The notes beneath the pieces were generated by a model. The model had not been told where the DNA came from. It saw only the letters and a program-made list of their open reading frames with translations, and ran no database searches. A program made the position numbers and the translations under genes. From positions 32,031 through 96,030 of the forward strand of contig JBJTQJ010000014.1 in assembly GCA_046075565.1 (NCBI GenBank): a stretch of 64,000 nucleotides of DNA. Reading direction: 5' to 3'. Positions 1 through 9,353 of this stretch are shown in pieces (positions within the stretch are counted from its first letter, which is position 1; every line of letters begins with the position of its first letter). Source of the DNA: Verrucomicrobiales bacterium. GTDB lineage: Bacteria; Verrucomicrobiota; Verrucomicrobiia; Verrucomicrobiales; SLCJ01.

Positions 1-75
1 GATACCGACATGCGCAGGAGGTAACGCGGAGGTAGCGGGTGAAGTGTCAGAAAAGACACTCGCCGCATCTGGTAT

Positions 76-561
76 TCAACCCGGAATCCGGTTCAGCGAC
101 CACAAGGTTCCATTGAGCACGGCGGCAAAACCAACCCAAGCGAGGTAGGGCCAGAGCAAAGCGGCGGCCAAACGATCCACCCGGTGGAATGCGATGATCG
201 TCCAAGCGATGGCCGCCCAGAGGAAGAGGATTTCCACGAAGGCGAGGTCGGGACGCCGCAGACCGAAGAACAACGGTGTCCAGGCCGCATTGAGGGCGAG
301 TTGCACGAAAAAAATGGCAAGTGGTCGGCGTTGCGCGGAAAAAACACCCTGGCGCCAGACCAGCCAGGCCGCCACCGCCATCATGGTGTAAAGCACCGAC
401 CATACCTTGCCGATCAACGATCCCGGAGGCGTCCACGAGGGCTTGATCAATTCGGCATACCATTCGCCGGGCATGGACCACGCTCCCGGCACCACAGCGG
501 CGAAACAAATCAATAACCAACCACCGAGGCCGAGCACGGACTTGCCGGAAATTGTCTTCAT
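76..561 (-). CDS. tspO: TspO/MBR tryptophan-rich sensory protein
   Basis: WYAELIKPSWTPPG, LNAAWTPLFFG and LLWPYLAWVGFA motifs; five hydrophobic segments. Confidence 0.9.
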   Translation of the reverse strand: MKTISGKSVLGLGGWLLICFAAVVPGAWSMPGEWYAELIKPSWTPPGSLIGKVWSVLYTMMAVAAWLVWRQGVFSAQRRPLAIFFVQLALNAAWTPLFFGLRRPDLAFVEILFLWAAIAWTIIAFHRVDRLAAALLWPYLAWVGFAAVLNGTLWSLNRIPG

Positions 562-659
562 GTTTGTAACCTATGATTCCGAATCCCATCGCATGCCATG
601 ACAAGCCAGACTAGGGACACGCGGTTTACCGAGTAACTGGAATCCGGGTCATGGCCGCC

Positions 660-2888
660 TCATGGAGTCTTCTTTCCGGCGGCGGCGATGCTTTGTTGGA
701 TCTGGGCCCCGGCGGCGGTGGCCATGGTCCGGATATTTGCGTCGGGGTCGGCCTGGAACTTGGAGGCAACTTCCAGAGCGAAGGGCTTGGGCACGATAGC
801 GATGCCATTGAGCATGACGCGTTTCTTATCGCGGGTGTCGGCAAGGATTTCCGCTTGTCCCCACCATGCGCGCTGTTGGGCGTCGGTCCGCTTGCGATCG
901 CTATTCATGGCAAGAGCCCGCACAAATGCCTCGAAAGCGACCGTCTTGATCGCATCGGAATTTCCGCTCGTGGCGAGGCTGGCGAGCCGATCCAACTGGC
1001 TATCATCCGGCCAGTCACGCAGGGCGAGAACCGCCGCGATCTTCAGGTCAACGTCGCCGGTGGTCAAAACACGATCAATGGCTTTGGCGGCGGCGGGACT
1101 GCCGGTCAGGCCGAGCAGGGCGAGGGAAGACTGTTGGGTTTCCTTGGAGACATCGGAGGCAAGGCCCTTCTCGATTGCCGGCACAAGTTTCTCTTTGGAT
1201 TTCGCCCGTTCCATCAGCACTTCCATGACCTGCTTGGCGGTCATGCGGGTGCCGCTGCCCTTGGTCTCGATCATGATCCGCATAAAATTCTCGGCGTGCG
1301 TCTCATCGGCGAAATTGCTCATGGCCTGAACGGCGGTTTTGGCATTCTCGTCGTCGGCGGTGATTGCGATATTGGTCAATTCGGGGATCGCGTCTTTCAT
1401 CCCCCTCATGGCGATCACGCCCATGAGCTTGCGCTGGATACTCCCTTTGGTCTTGCCAAGCTGAACGAGAATGGCATCCTCGACGCCTTCGCCTCCCATC
1501 TGCTCGAGTTTCGACTTCACCCTTCTCTCCAGATTCTCCCGATCATTGGCGGGCATTTCAGCCGGAGGAAGCAAATAGGGCGTGATTAGATTCACCATCT
1601 CCGCGCTACCACTCGTGTTGCTTTCGTCATTCACATATTCGATGACGCGCTTTTGTTCCTTCTTGGCTCCGCTGCCGGAGGAGAGCTTGGCAACCGTGCC
1701 TCCGATGATCAGCACGCCGCTGATGATACTGATAATAGTCCATTTCAACACCGGTGATTTTGCCTGAGGACGCTGATAATGGGAATGCAGCACTTGCGGC
1801 TGGGCAACTTCGATGGGACCGGCAGTCGGCCCCTGAACCACGGGAACTTGAGAAGAAACCGGTCGAACGGGAGCACTGCCGAGACGCACGGCACCGCTGC
1901 CAGCGCGCACGGGTCCGGAGCCAGGGCGGACCGGACCGGAACCTGCCATGGGCGAAGAAACCGGAGAGGCGGTGGCGGCCGGCGGAGCGCTGAGCCGAGG
2001 AGAAGCGACGGGGGTAGCCCCGGGAATGATGAGCCGGGGCGCGGATTGGGAGCCGGGAATGACGAAATCCGCATTGAAGAAAACCTCGAGGGCCTCCTGG
2101 GCGTTTACGGGTCGCTGGTTCACATCGCGATTCATCAACCACATGATCCAGTCGCAAGTGCGTTTGGTCAGGTCGGGCCGGATATCGAGCATCGGCGTGA
2201 GCCGGTGCGAGAGGTGAGCCGACATAACCTCTGCGGCGGTGTCGCCGTCGAAGGGGTATCGACCGGTGAGGCCGTAATAATACATGCACCCCATGGCATA
2301 AAGGTCGGTGCGGCCATCCAGCGGCAGACGCTCGAACTGCTCGGGTGCCATGAAGTGAATGGAACCGAGAATGGCATCGTTGAGCCCGATCGTCTGCTGG
2401 CTCGGTTTGGGGCTGAACTTGGCGAGACCGAAATCGAGCAATTTGAATTGGAACTTGCCGCTGGGCAGCCATTTCACCATGAGGTTGGTGGGCTTGATGT
2501 CGCGGTGCACAAGCGCCTTATCTTGAGCGGCTATGAGCGCTTCCAAGGTCTGGGAGACCATTTCGGCGAAGTCGTCTTCGGTGAGAAGCCCGCGATCCAC
2601 GACCTGGTCGAAGGTTTCGCCATCCACGAGTTCCATGACCACGAAGACACCGTCGGAGTCGGTGCCAACATCATACACGGAAACCACATTCGGGTGCTGG
2701 AGGGCTGAAAGCAAATGGGCTTCTTTAAAGAGACTCTTGGTCGGATCCTCGTCAAAAGCCTCGCTTTCCTCGGGTGGGAGCAGGCGTTTGACCGCCACCT
2801 CACGTTGCAGGTGGGTATCAAAGGCTCGGTAAACAGCACCGATGCCCCCTTGGCCGATTTTCGCCTTGATTTGGTAGCGCTCGCTCAT
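660..2888 (-). CDS. Hanks-type Ser/Thr protein kinase with Pro/Ser-rich linker, TM helix and C-terminal HEAT-like repeats
   Basis: GQGGIGAVY, VAVK, HRDIKPTN, DFGLAK and APE motifs; TM WTIISIISGVLIIGG; start taken at MSERYQ. Confidence 0.9.
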   Translation of the reverse strand: MSERYQIKAKIGQGGIGAVYRAFDTHLQREVAVKRLLPPEESEAFDEDPTKSLFKEAHLLSALQHPNVVSVYDVGTDSDGVFVVMELVDGETFDQVVDRGLLTEDDFAEMVSQTLEALIAAQDKALVHRDIKPTNLMVKWLPSGKFQFKLLDFGLAKFSPKPSQQTIGLNDAILGSIHFMAPEQFERLPLDGRTDLYAMGCMYYYGLTGRYPFDGDTAAEVMSAHLSHRLTPMLDIRPDLTKRTCDWIMWLMNRDVNQRPVNAQEALEVFFNADFVIPGSQSAPRLIIPGATPVASPRLSAPPAATASPVSSPMAGSGPVRPGSGPVRAGSGAVRLGSAPVRPVSSQVPVVQGPTAGPIEVAQPQVLHSHYQRPQAKSPVLKWTIISIISGVLIIGGTVAKLSSGSGAKKEQKRVIEYVNDESNTSGSAEMVNLITPYLLPPAEMPANDRENLERRVKSKLEQMGGEGVEDAILVQLGKTKGSIQRKLMGVIAMRGMKDAIPELTNIAITADDENAKTAVQAMSNFADETHAENFMRIMIETKGSGTRMTAKQVMEVLMERAKSKEKLVPAIEKGLASDVSKETQQSSLALLGLTGSPAAAKAIDRVLTTGDVDLKIAAVLALRDWPDDSQLDRLASLATSGNSDAIKTVAFEAFVRALAMNSDRKRTDAQQRAWWGQAEILADTRDKKRVMLNGIAIVPKPFALEVASKFQADPDANIRTMATAAGAQIQQSIAAAGKKTP

Positions 2889-2970
2889 GGACCTTTGGTC
2901 GGAATTTGGGGGATCCCGGAGTTTCAGGCAATTCGGAAATGCGGAATTTCGGGAATTCTGGTGGAAATTT

Positions 2971-3291
2971 TTACGATTTGGTCGGCCATTCCAATTGGAG
3001 AGTCCCATTTTCGACCCGAAGCCGATACACCAGGACCCCGGAGGCGGCGGGCGGGGTCAGGGCCTCCCCGGTCCCGAGGTCGAATCTGGCCCCGTGCCAC
3101 GGGCATACCACGCATCCGTCTTCGATCCAGCCGTCGGACAATGGGGCTTTGGCGTGCGGGCAGACGTCATCCATGGCGAACCACTGCTCCGTGGTGCGGA
3201 AAACGGCGATCCGGGTCTCCCGGACGAGAAAGCAACGCGACGCCCCGGATGGGAATTCGGCCACGGGGAGCAGGGAAATCCAATCGCTCAT
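2971..3291 (-). CDS. Rieske [2Fe-2S] ferredoxin
   Basis: CPH and CPWHGARFD Rieske motifs; start taken at MSDWIS. Confidence 0.9.
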   Translation of the reverse strand: MSDWISLLPVAEFPSGASRCFLVRETRIAVFRTTEQWFAMDDVCPHAKAPLSDGWIEDGCVVCPWHGARFDLGTGEALTPPAASGVLVYRLRVENGTLQLEWPTKS

Positions 3292-3302
3292 TCGCAGCTC
3301 TC

Positions 3303-3731
3303 CTAGTAGGCACCGGAGTTCCTGTCTTCGTTCGTGTGGTGCCGGGCGGCGTTCAGGTAGAGTTGCTCCTCGATGCACTTGGTGAGCGTCGCCATGTCCA
3401 CCGGTTTGCCGAGCATGATTAGTTCGCCGGATTCGGCCACACTGTGGCGGCTGACCTCATCGCGGGCGACGAGGGCCGTGAGCATGATGACGGGAATCCG
3501 CGCGGTCTGGCTGTTCCGCCGGAGTTCCGTGACCACGTCTCCCCCGTCCATACCGGGCATCACGACATCAAGCAGGATGAGGTCGGGCAGAAAAATCCGC
3601 GCCGCCTGGGCCGCTCGCTGGGCCTGGTTTTCCTCCTGAACTTCATAAATTCCTGTTCGTTCGAGGTTGAACTTGAGCAGCTTGGTAAAGCCGGCCTCAT
3701 CGTCCACCACGAGAATGCGTTTTTTTATCAT
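3303..3731 (-). CDS. single-domain response regulator (receiver)
   Basis: ILVVDDE, LLDVVMPGMDG, MLTA and KP receiver motifs; no output domain. Confidence 0.9.
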   Translation of the reverse strand: MIKKRILVVDDEAGFTKLLKFNLERTGIYEVQEENQAQRAAQAARIFLPDLILLDVVMPGMDGGDVVTELRRNSQTARIPVIMLTALVARDEVSRHSVAESGELIMLGKPVDMATLTKCIEEQLYLNAARHHTNEDRNSGAY

Positions 3732-3746
3732 AGGGTTCTCCTTTTT

Positions 3747-5045
3747 CTAATCAGATTGAACTTGTATCGAAGCGCCGTCGTCGCGCAACTTCTCCTTTTG
3801 CCCTCCACTTTGGATGGCGCGCAGGGTGACGGTCATGCAGGTGCCCTTGCCCGGTTCACTGCGGCAAACGATCCTGCCGCCGTGGAGTTCGATGATTTTC
3901 CGGCAGATAGAGAGGCCGAGGCCCGTGCCCTCACCGGTGGGTTTGGTCGTGTAAAACGGGTCGAATATCCGCTCCATTTCGGCGGCCGGGATACCGCATC
4001 CGGTGTCCTCGACGGAAACAAATACCACTTTGTCGCCGCGACGCAGCCGCTCGGCGGCCCGGCTCCCCGTGTCGGTGGGTTCTCCTTCGGCCATCACCCC
4101 GAAACGGGTGGACACCCTCAGGGTGCCTCCGCCGCGACCCATGGCGTGCAGGGCATTCAAGAGCAAATTGAGCAGGACCTGCTCGAACTTTGGCACGTCG
4201 AGGGAAACACTCGGCAGCTTATCGGCCAACGAGACTTCCAGTTCGACATTGGTGCGAAGGCGATCGTGTTTGGTGAACAGGAGTGTATCGCGGATCACCT
4301 GGTTCAGATCCACGTTGCGGAATTCGAGATGCCGCGAGGCCGAGAAATCCACCAGCCCGTGGATGATCTTTTCCGCACGTCGCACCGCCTTCCGCATCTC
4401 TTCCAGGATTTCGAGGAAATTCGGGTCGACGTCGTCTGGGAGTTGGCTCAGGTATTCCACGCCCATGAGGATGAGCGCGAGGGGATTTTTCACTTCGTGG
4501 GCGACCCCGGCAGCGAGGCGGCCGACAGATTCCAGTTTCTCTGCCTGGATGAGCATCTCCTGGGTGCTACGCAGCTCGAGGTTGGCGGCCTCAAGGTTAC
4601 GATTGAGTTGCAGGAGTTGGCGCTCCGCCTTCTTGCGCGCGGTGATCTCAGTGCTCATGCCTGCCACTCCGGCGATACGCCCGCTTTCATCATAAACCGG
4701 CATTTTCATGGCCAGCCAATGCCGCTCCTCACCGCGCACGACCGATGACTCCTCGAAGTTCAAGGAACGACCGGCCATGATCACGGCCGTGTCGTGGGAT
4801 AGATACATATCGGCCTTCGCGGCGGGAAACAAGTCCTGGGGACGACGACCGAGAATCTCCGAGCGGTCCATCCCGATGAGTTGCTCGTAAATGCGGTTCA
4901 CCATGATGTAGTGACCTCCCAAATCCCGCACAAAAAGCAGCATCGGAGCATTGTCCACGATCTGCCCGAGCAGGGCGTGGCTCAACTTGAGATCGACGGT
5001 TTTCTGCGGAGGATCAGGATCCATGGCTGGACTCTTCCGCCTCAT
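3747..5045 (-). CDS. cytoplasmic PAS-domain sensor histidine kinase (NtrB-like)
   Basis: PAS/PAC region; H-box AHEVKNPL; N-box NLLLNA; DTGCGI, FDPFYTTK and GTGLGL. Confidence 0.92.
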   Translation of the reverse strand: MRRKSPAMDPDPPQKTVDLKLSHALLGQIVDNAPMLLFVRDLGGHYIMVNRIYEQLIGMDRSEILGRRPQDLFPAAKADMYLSHDTAVIMAGRSLNFEESSVVRGEERHWLAMKMPVYDESGRIAGVAGMSTEITARKKAERQLLQLNRNLEAANLELRSTQEMLIQAEKLESVGRLAAGVAHEVKNPLALILMGVEYLSQLPDDVDPNFLEILEEMRKAVRRAEKIIHGLVDFSASRHLEFRNVDLNQVIRDTLLFTKHDRLRTNVELEVSLADKLPSVSLDVPKFEQVLLNLLLNALHAMGRGGGTLRVSTRFGVMAEGEPTDTGSRAAERLRRGDKVVFVSVEDTGCGIPAAEMERIFDPFYTTKPTGEGTGLGLSICRKIIELHGGRIVCRSEPGKGTCMTVTLRAIQSGGQKEKLRDDGASIQVQSD

Positions 5046-5081
5046 GCTTCCAGATTATTCCCCTATTGGCAACCATTCATT

Positions 5082-6677
5082 GTGCAAAAAACCCTGGAAA
5101 TCGTTCTTTGTCCTGAATTAGCGGATCAATCTCCGGCCCAACGAGCCGCTGCGGCCAAGGTGCTGGGCCTCCCGGAGGCGCGCTTGACCGGGGTGCGGCT
5201 GCGGAAAAAATCCATCGACGCCCGCCACCGTCCCGTGCGCATGCGCCTGCAAATCGAGGCCTGGTGGGACGAATCGCCACCGGGAGAACCTCCACCCGTG
5301 GCCGATCACACGCGCTACCCAGAGGTTCCGTCGGCCGCGCCCGTGGTCCTCATCATCGGCTGCGGCCCAGCCGGAATGTTTGCGGCTCTCGAATGCCTTC
5401 GCCTCGGTCTCAAACCGGTCATTCTCGAACGCGGCAAGGACGCGTCGGCCCGTCGATACGACCTGCGCCCCGCGCTCATGGAAGGCAGGATCATCGAGGA
5501 ATCGAATTATTGCTTCGGTGAAGGCGGAGCTGGGACCTATTCCGATGGCAAACTTTACACCCGCGCGACCAAACGCGGAAATGTATACGATGTCTATGAA
5601 ACCTTCGTCGCCCATGGAGCATCGCCAGAGATCCTCACCGACGCCCACCCGCACATTGGTTCGAATCGCCTGCCGAATGTCGTCAAAGCCATGCGCGCCA
5701 CCATCATCGATCGCGGTGGTGAGGTTCATTTCCAAACCAAGGTGACCTCCTTGCTCGTGGAGGGCTCCGGCGCGGGCCGCCGCATCCTCGGCGCACGCAC
5801 CGCCGACGGACGGGAATGGCTCGCTGATGCAGTCATTCTCGCCACCGGCCACTCCGCCCGCGATATTTATGCCTTGCTCGCCGACGAAGGTATCCGCATG
5901 GAAGCGAAACCATTCGCCGTGGGCGTGCGCATCGAGCACCCCCAGGGATTGATTGATCGCGTGCAATACCACCTTCGCCCGGAAGAATCACGCCCATGGC
6001 ATCTGCCGGCCGCCCGTTACAATCTCGCCTGCGAAATCGAAGGCCGGGGCGTGCATTCCTTCTGCATGTGCCCGGGCGGCTTCATCGTGCCCGCCGCCAC
6101 CTGCAACGACGAGGTCGTGGTCAATGGCATGTCGCTGGCCAAACGTGATTCGCCCTTCGCCAACAGCGGACTCGTCGTGACCGTGCAACCGGAAGACACC
6201 CTTGCCTTCGAAGCCGAACACGGCATCCTCGCCGGCATCGCCTTCCAGAAATGGCTCGAACGGCGGGCCAAGGAAGCCGGAGGCGGCGGACAAACCGCGC
6301 CCGCCCAACTCACGGGGGACTTTCTAACAGGACGCATCTCATCCGAAACCCTGTCCACCTCATACAAACCCGGCCTCAACTCCGCTCCGATACACGAGCT
6401 GCTTCCGGAAGGGATCGTGACACGCATGAGGGAAGGACTGAAACGCTTCGGACGCTCGATGCGCGGATTCACCGGGCCGCAAAGCCAGATGATCGGATTC
6501 GAGACCCGGACTTCATCACCGCTGCGGATTCCGCGGGACAGTGCAACCCTCGAACACCCCGAAGTCCGTGGACTCTTCCCAACTGGGGAAGGCGCCGGTT
6601 TCGCCGGCGGCATCGTCTCCGCCGCCCTCGATGGCATGCGTGTGGCCAAGGCTGTGGATGCGGTTGTGCGGAGATGA
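5082..6677 (+). CDS. uncharacterised FAD-dependent oxidoreductase/dehydrogenase (COG2509-like)
   Basis: IIGCGPAG, FGEGGAGTYSDGKL, SFCMCPGG and GEGAGFAGGIVSAA; GTG start at 5082 inferred. Confidence 0.85.
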   Translation: MQKTLEIVLCPELADQSPAQRAAAAKVLGLPEARLTGVRLRKKSIDARHRPVRMRLQIEAWWDESPPGEPPPVADHTRYPEVPSAAPVVLIIGCGPAGMFAALECLRLGLKPVILERGKDASARRYDLRPALMEGRIIEESNYCFGEGGAGTYSDGKLYTRATKRGNVYDVYETFVAHGASPEILTDAHPHIGSNRLPNVVKAMRATIIDRGGEVHFQTKVTSLLVEGSGAGRRILGARTADGREWLADAVILATGHSARDIYALLADEGIRMEAKPFAVGVRIEHPQGLIDRVQYHLRPEESRPWHLPAARYNLACEIEGRGVHSFCMCPGGFIVPAATCNDEVVVNGMSLAKRDSPFANSGLVVTVQPEDTLAFEAEHGILAGIAFQKWLERRAKEAGGGGQTAPAQLTGDFLTGRISSETLSTSYKPGLNSAPIHELLPEGIVTRMREGLKRFGRSMRGFTGPQSQMIGFETRTSSPLRIPRDSATLEHPEVRGLFPTGEGAGFAGGIVSAALDGMRVAKAVDAVVRR

Positions 6678-6817
6678 TAGTGACCTATACTTCCTCAACG
6701 ACTATCACTGCAGTGTCGAAACGTTCCATCATCGAGGGTATTGTTGAAGACGTGAAAAAATCATTGCCCCCTCCTGTCACCCCCAAAAAGGACTGACGAT
6801 TGGGCTTCTCCTTCATG

Positions 6818-7032
6818 AACCCTGAAGGGGTTTAGCACCAAAGCCCGGGGTTGGGCCGAAGGGCCTACCCCGGGATAGTTTCAAATCATGAGAGTCGAAC
6901 CCTGCAAGGGTTCTGTCCCCCGCTTGACACGACAAAACCCTTACAGGGTTTGGCAAATTCCCTTCTCCGATCCCCGGGGTAGCCCGGCCAGCCGCGCAAC
7001 CCCGGGCTTCGGGACACAATCCCGTTGGGATT
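6818..7032. repeat. composite palindromic REP/REPIN-like element (A-B-A / A'-B'-A')
   Basis: AACCCTGAAGGGGTT 6818, AACCCTGCAAGGGTT 6898, AACCCTTACAGGGTT 6936, AATCCCGTTGGGATT 7018; AAGCCCGGGGTTG (6841) is the reverse complement of CAACCCCGGGCTT (6997). Confidence 0.75.
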
Positions 7033-7137
7033 GAACCGGAAATCCGAAGATGTATACGCTCAAACCTGTCTCACCGCATTTCCATCAAGGTCAGGATGTC
7101 TTTGCCTTGCCTTTACAGTAGACTTCTTCCATCGCTA

Positions 7138-8511
7138 CTACGGCTTCCCGAAGTTGGCGAGATTATCGCGGAGGGCTTGATCAGCGGTCGCACGCCAAGC
7201 GACGGATTCTTCCGCCTTCACGCGGTTCACTCCGGTGAATTTGGCGGGCTCGAAGCCCTGCGCCGACTGGCGGACGGCTGCAGCCGCGCTGGTGAGGGTG
7301 CTGATGGCCTTTCTCCTCACATCCTGTTCATTGGGTTTGATCTTCTTGGTGCTCGCATCCTCTGCCGCATTGAAACCCAGCAACTCCGCCACCGCCGGGA
7401 ACTTCTTGTGGTCCTCGAGAACCTGCATCGGAGATCCTCCGTTGCCCGCGAGGCCTTCGAACTGGATCTGGCCAGCGGCATATCGCGCGCAGGCGAGCGC
7501 CGAGGCCACGCGTGTCATCGCATCATACTCGGCGATCATCCTACCCTCCGTCAGATAAGCGGCCACTCCCACTGTCTTCCAATCCATTTCCCCGAGCGGA
7601 CGCAGGAAGGCGCTGTTCATCGCCGAAAAACCGCTCACACCCCGTTGGAACAACTCGCCGCGTTTGGCAGCGGGCAAAGCGATGATGCCTAACAAACCGG
7701 CATCATTTGCATCAAACACCGCCGCGCCTCCGACCGGCGATCCCGAGCCGACAATCAGAACCGGTTGCCCTGCCGCCGGCGGCGTCCCCTGGACCGCGGA
7801 ACTCCACGGGTCTCCTTCGCCAAGAACGATCAGTCCCATATTCTCACGCAAGGTGCGGTCGGCGGGAACCCACTCGAGTGCGGTGAACCCCTCGGCTTCC
7901 TGCACTTCCAAGCGGGCGACATCCGCCGCGCCCGCGACTTGCAATTGCCCGAAGCGCGTGAGTTTGTTGCCATTCGCGGCGGTGATGGTGAGCTTCTGAT
8001 GCCCACCGAACACATGCGCAGCCGTGTAAAGCCAGAGTTTGTCCCCTTCGCGCACGAGAACACCGAATCCCTTGCCGCCTTCGCCCTCGATCACCACCAG
8101 CGATTCGCGTTTCTTCGTCGCCTCGGCACGCATGTCGGCGGGAGCCTGTCCGTCGTTGGTGGGCATGGAAATACCCGCCCGGGAAAGGAGCGATTTGGCC
8201 GAGGCCAATTCCCGATCCAACTGGTAGGCCTTCTCCATTTGCTGACGCGTGTTCTCGCGTTCCTGTTCCATCTGTTTGATCAGGTTTTCTTGATCCTCGC
8301 GGGACGCCTTCTCGATGGCGGTCATTTGCTCTTGGAGTTGCTTCTCGCGCACCAGGGCGGATTCCTGGGCGATGCGAATATCCGCTTCCAGACGGACACG
8401 CTCGGCCTCCCAGGCCTCCCGCTCGGCGTCCAAGGATCCATCCTTGCATCCGGTGGGCAATAGAATCAGGGCAGGCACAAGACAGGCAATGGCACGGAAT
8501 CTCGTTTTCAT
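7138..8511 (-). CDS. putative lipoprotein with coiled coil and trypsin-like peptidase fold
   Basis: lipobox-like LLPTGC; E/Q/R-rich coiled coil; YTAAHV and ADVARL. Confidence 0.65.
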   Translation of the reverse strand: MKTRFRAIACLVPALILLPTGCKDGSLDAEREAWEAERVRLEADIRIAQESALVREKQLQEQMTAIEKASREDQENLIKQMEQERENTRQQMEKAYQLDRELASAKSLLSRAGISMPTNDGQAPADMRAEATKKRESLVVIEGEGGKGFGVLVREGDKLWLYTAAHVFGGHQKLTITAANGNKLTRFGQLQVAGAADVARLEVQEAEGFTALEWVPADRTLRENMGLIVLGEGDPWSSAVQGTPPAAGQPVLIVGSGSPVGGAAVFDANDAGLLGIIALPAAKRGELFQRGVSGFSAMNSAFLRPLGEMDWKTVGVAAYLTEGRMIAEYDAMTRVASALACARYAAGQIQFEGLAGNGGSPMQVLEDHKKFPAVAELLGFNAAEDASTKKIKPNEQDVRRKAISTLTSAAAAVRQSAQGFEPAKFTGVNRVKAEESVAWRATADQALRDNLANFGKP

Positions 8512-8714
8512 AAAGGAAATAAGCTACCCTTCATGGGAGAACATTTCCGGCCTCCAGACAAGGAAAATTTCACGGAAATCGGGGACCGGAATCCCCGATT
8601 GTCGCCCGCGAAAACAACGGAATTCCCACCCCTTAGCCGGGAAAGACACCGAAATCCCTCGCGACGGCAGCTTTTCTTTGCCCGAAAGGCGGATCTGGGT
8701 ATGGTCTACACCCC

Positions 8715-9329
8715 ATGGCACTCGAGAAAATTTCTTCCGTAACCGGCACCGGTGTCTTCATTCCGGGGGCCGACATCGATACCGACCGCATTATCCCGGC
8801 CCGCTTCATGAAGTGCGTGACCTTCGACGGGCTCGGCGAATACGCGTTCTATGACGCGCGTTTCGACACGGATGGAAAACCAACCGAGCATCCCTTGAAC
8901 GACCCACGCCACGAGGGCGCCTCCGTGCTGGTGGCCGGCCTCAATTTCGGATGCGGTTCCTCCCGTGAACATGCCCCGCAAGCCCTCTATCGTTATGGCT
9001 TCCGCGCCGTAATCGCCCAGTCCTTCGCCGAGATTTTCTTCGGCAACTGCACCACTCTCGGCATCCCCTGCGTGATCGCCGACGAAAAAACCGTCGAGGC
9101 CCTGCGCGCCGCCATCGCGACCGACCCCAAAGTCGAAATCACGGTTGATGTAGCCGCCCGCGAGGTTCGCGTAGGGGATCAGAAGTTGCCGGTCACGGTC
9201 ACCGATTCGGCCCGCGAAGCCCTTTTGGCCGGAAAATGGGATCCCATCGGCGATTTGCTCGAAGGCGCGACGGATGTCAATCGCACGGCTTCGGCGCTGC
9301 CCTACATGAGCTTCACGCCGGGCTCCTGA
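8715..9329 (+). CDS. leuD: 3-isopropylmalate dehydratase small subunit
   Basis: DIDTDRIIPARF, NFGCGSSREHAPQA and SFAEIFFGN. Confidence 0.96.
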   Translation: MALEKISSVTGTGVFIPGADIDTDRIIPARFMKCVTFDGLGEYAFYDARFDTDGKPTEHPLNDPRHEGASVLVAGLNFGCGSSREHAPQALYRYGFRAVIAQSFAEIFFGNCTTLGIPCVIADEKTVEALRAAIATDPKVEITVDVAAREVRVGDQKLPVTVTDSAREALLAGKWDPIGDLLEGATDVNRTASALPYMSFTPGS

Positions 9330-9353
9330 ATCTCTCCCCCGCCCCGCTTTTCC

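Noticed and set aside
6818-7032. CRISPR array
   Set aside because: Units are 15 nt, diverged, mirror-oriented and irregularly spaced; no cas genes.
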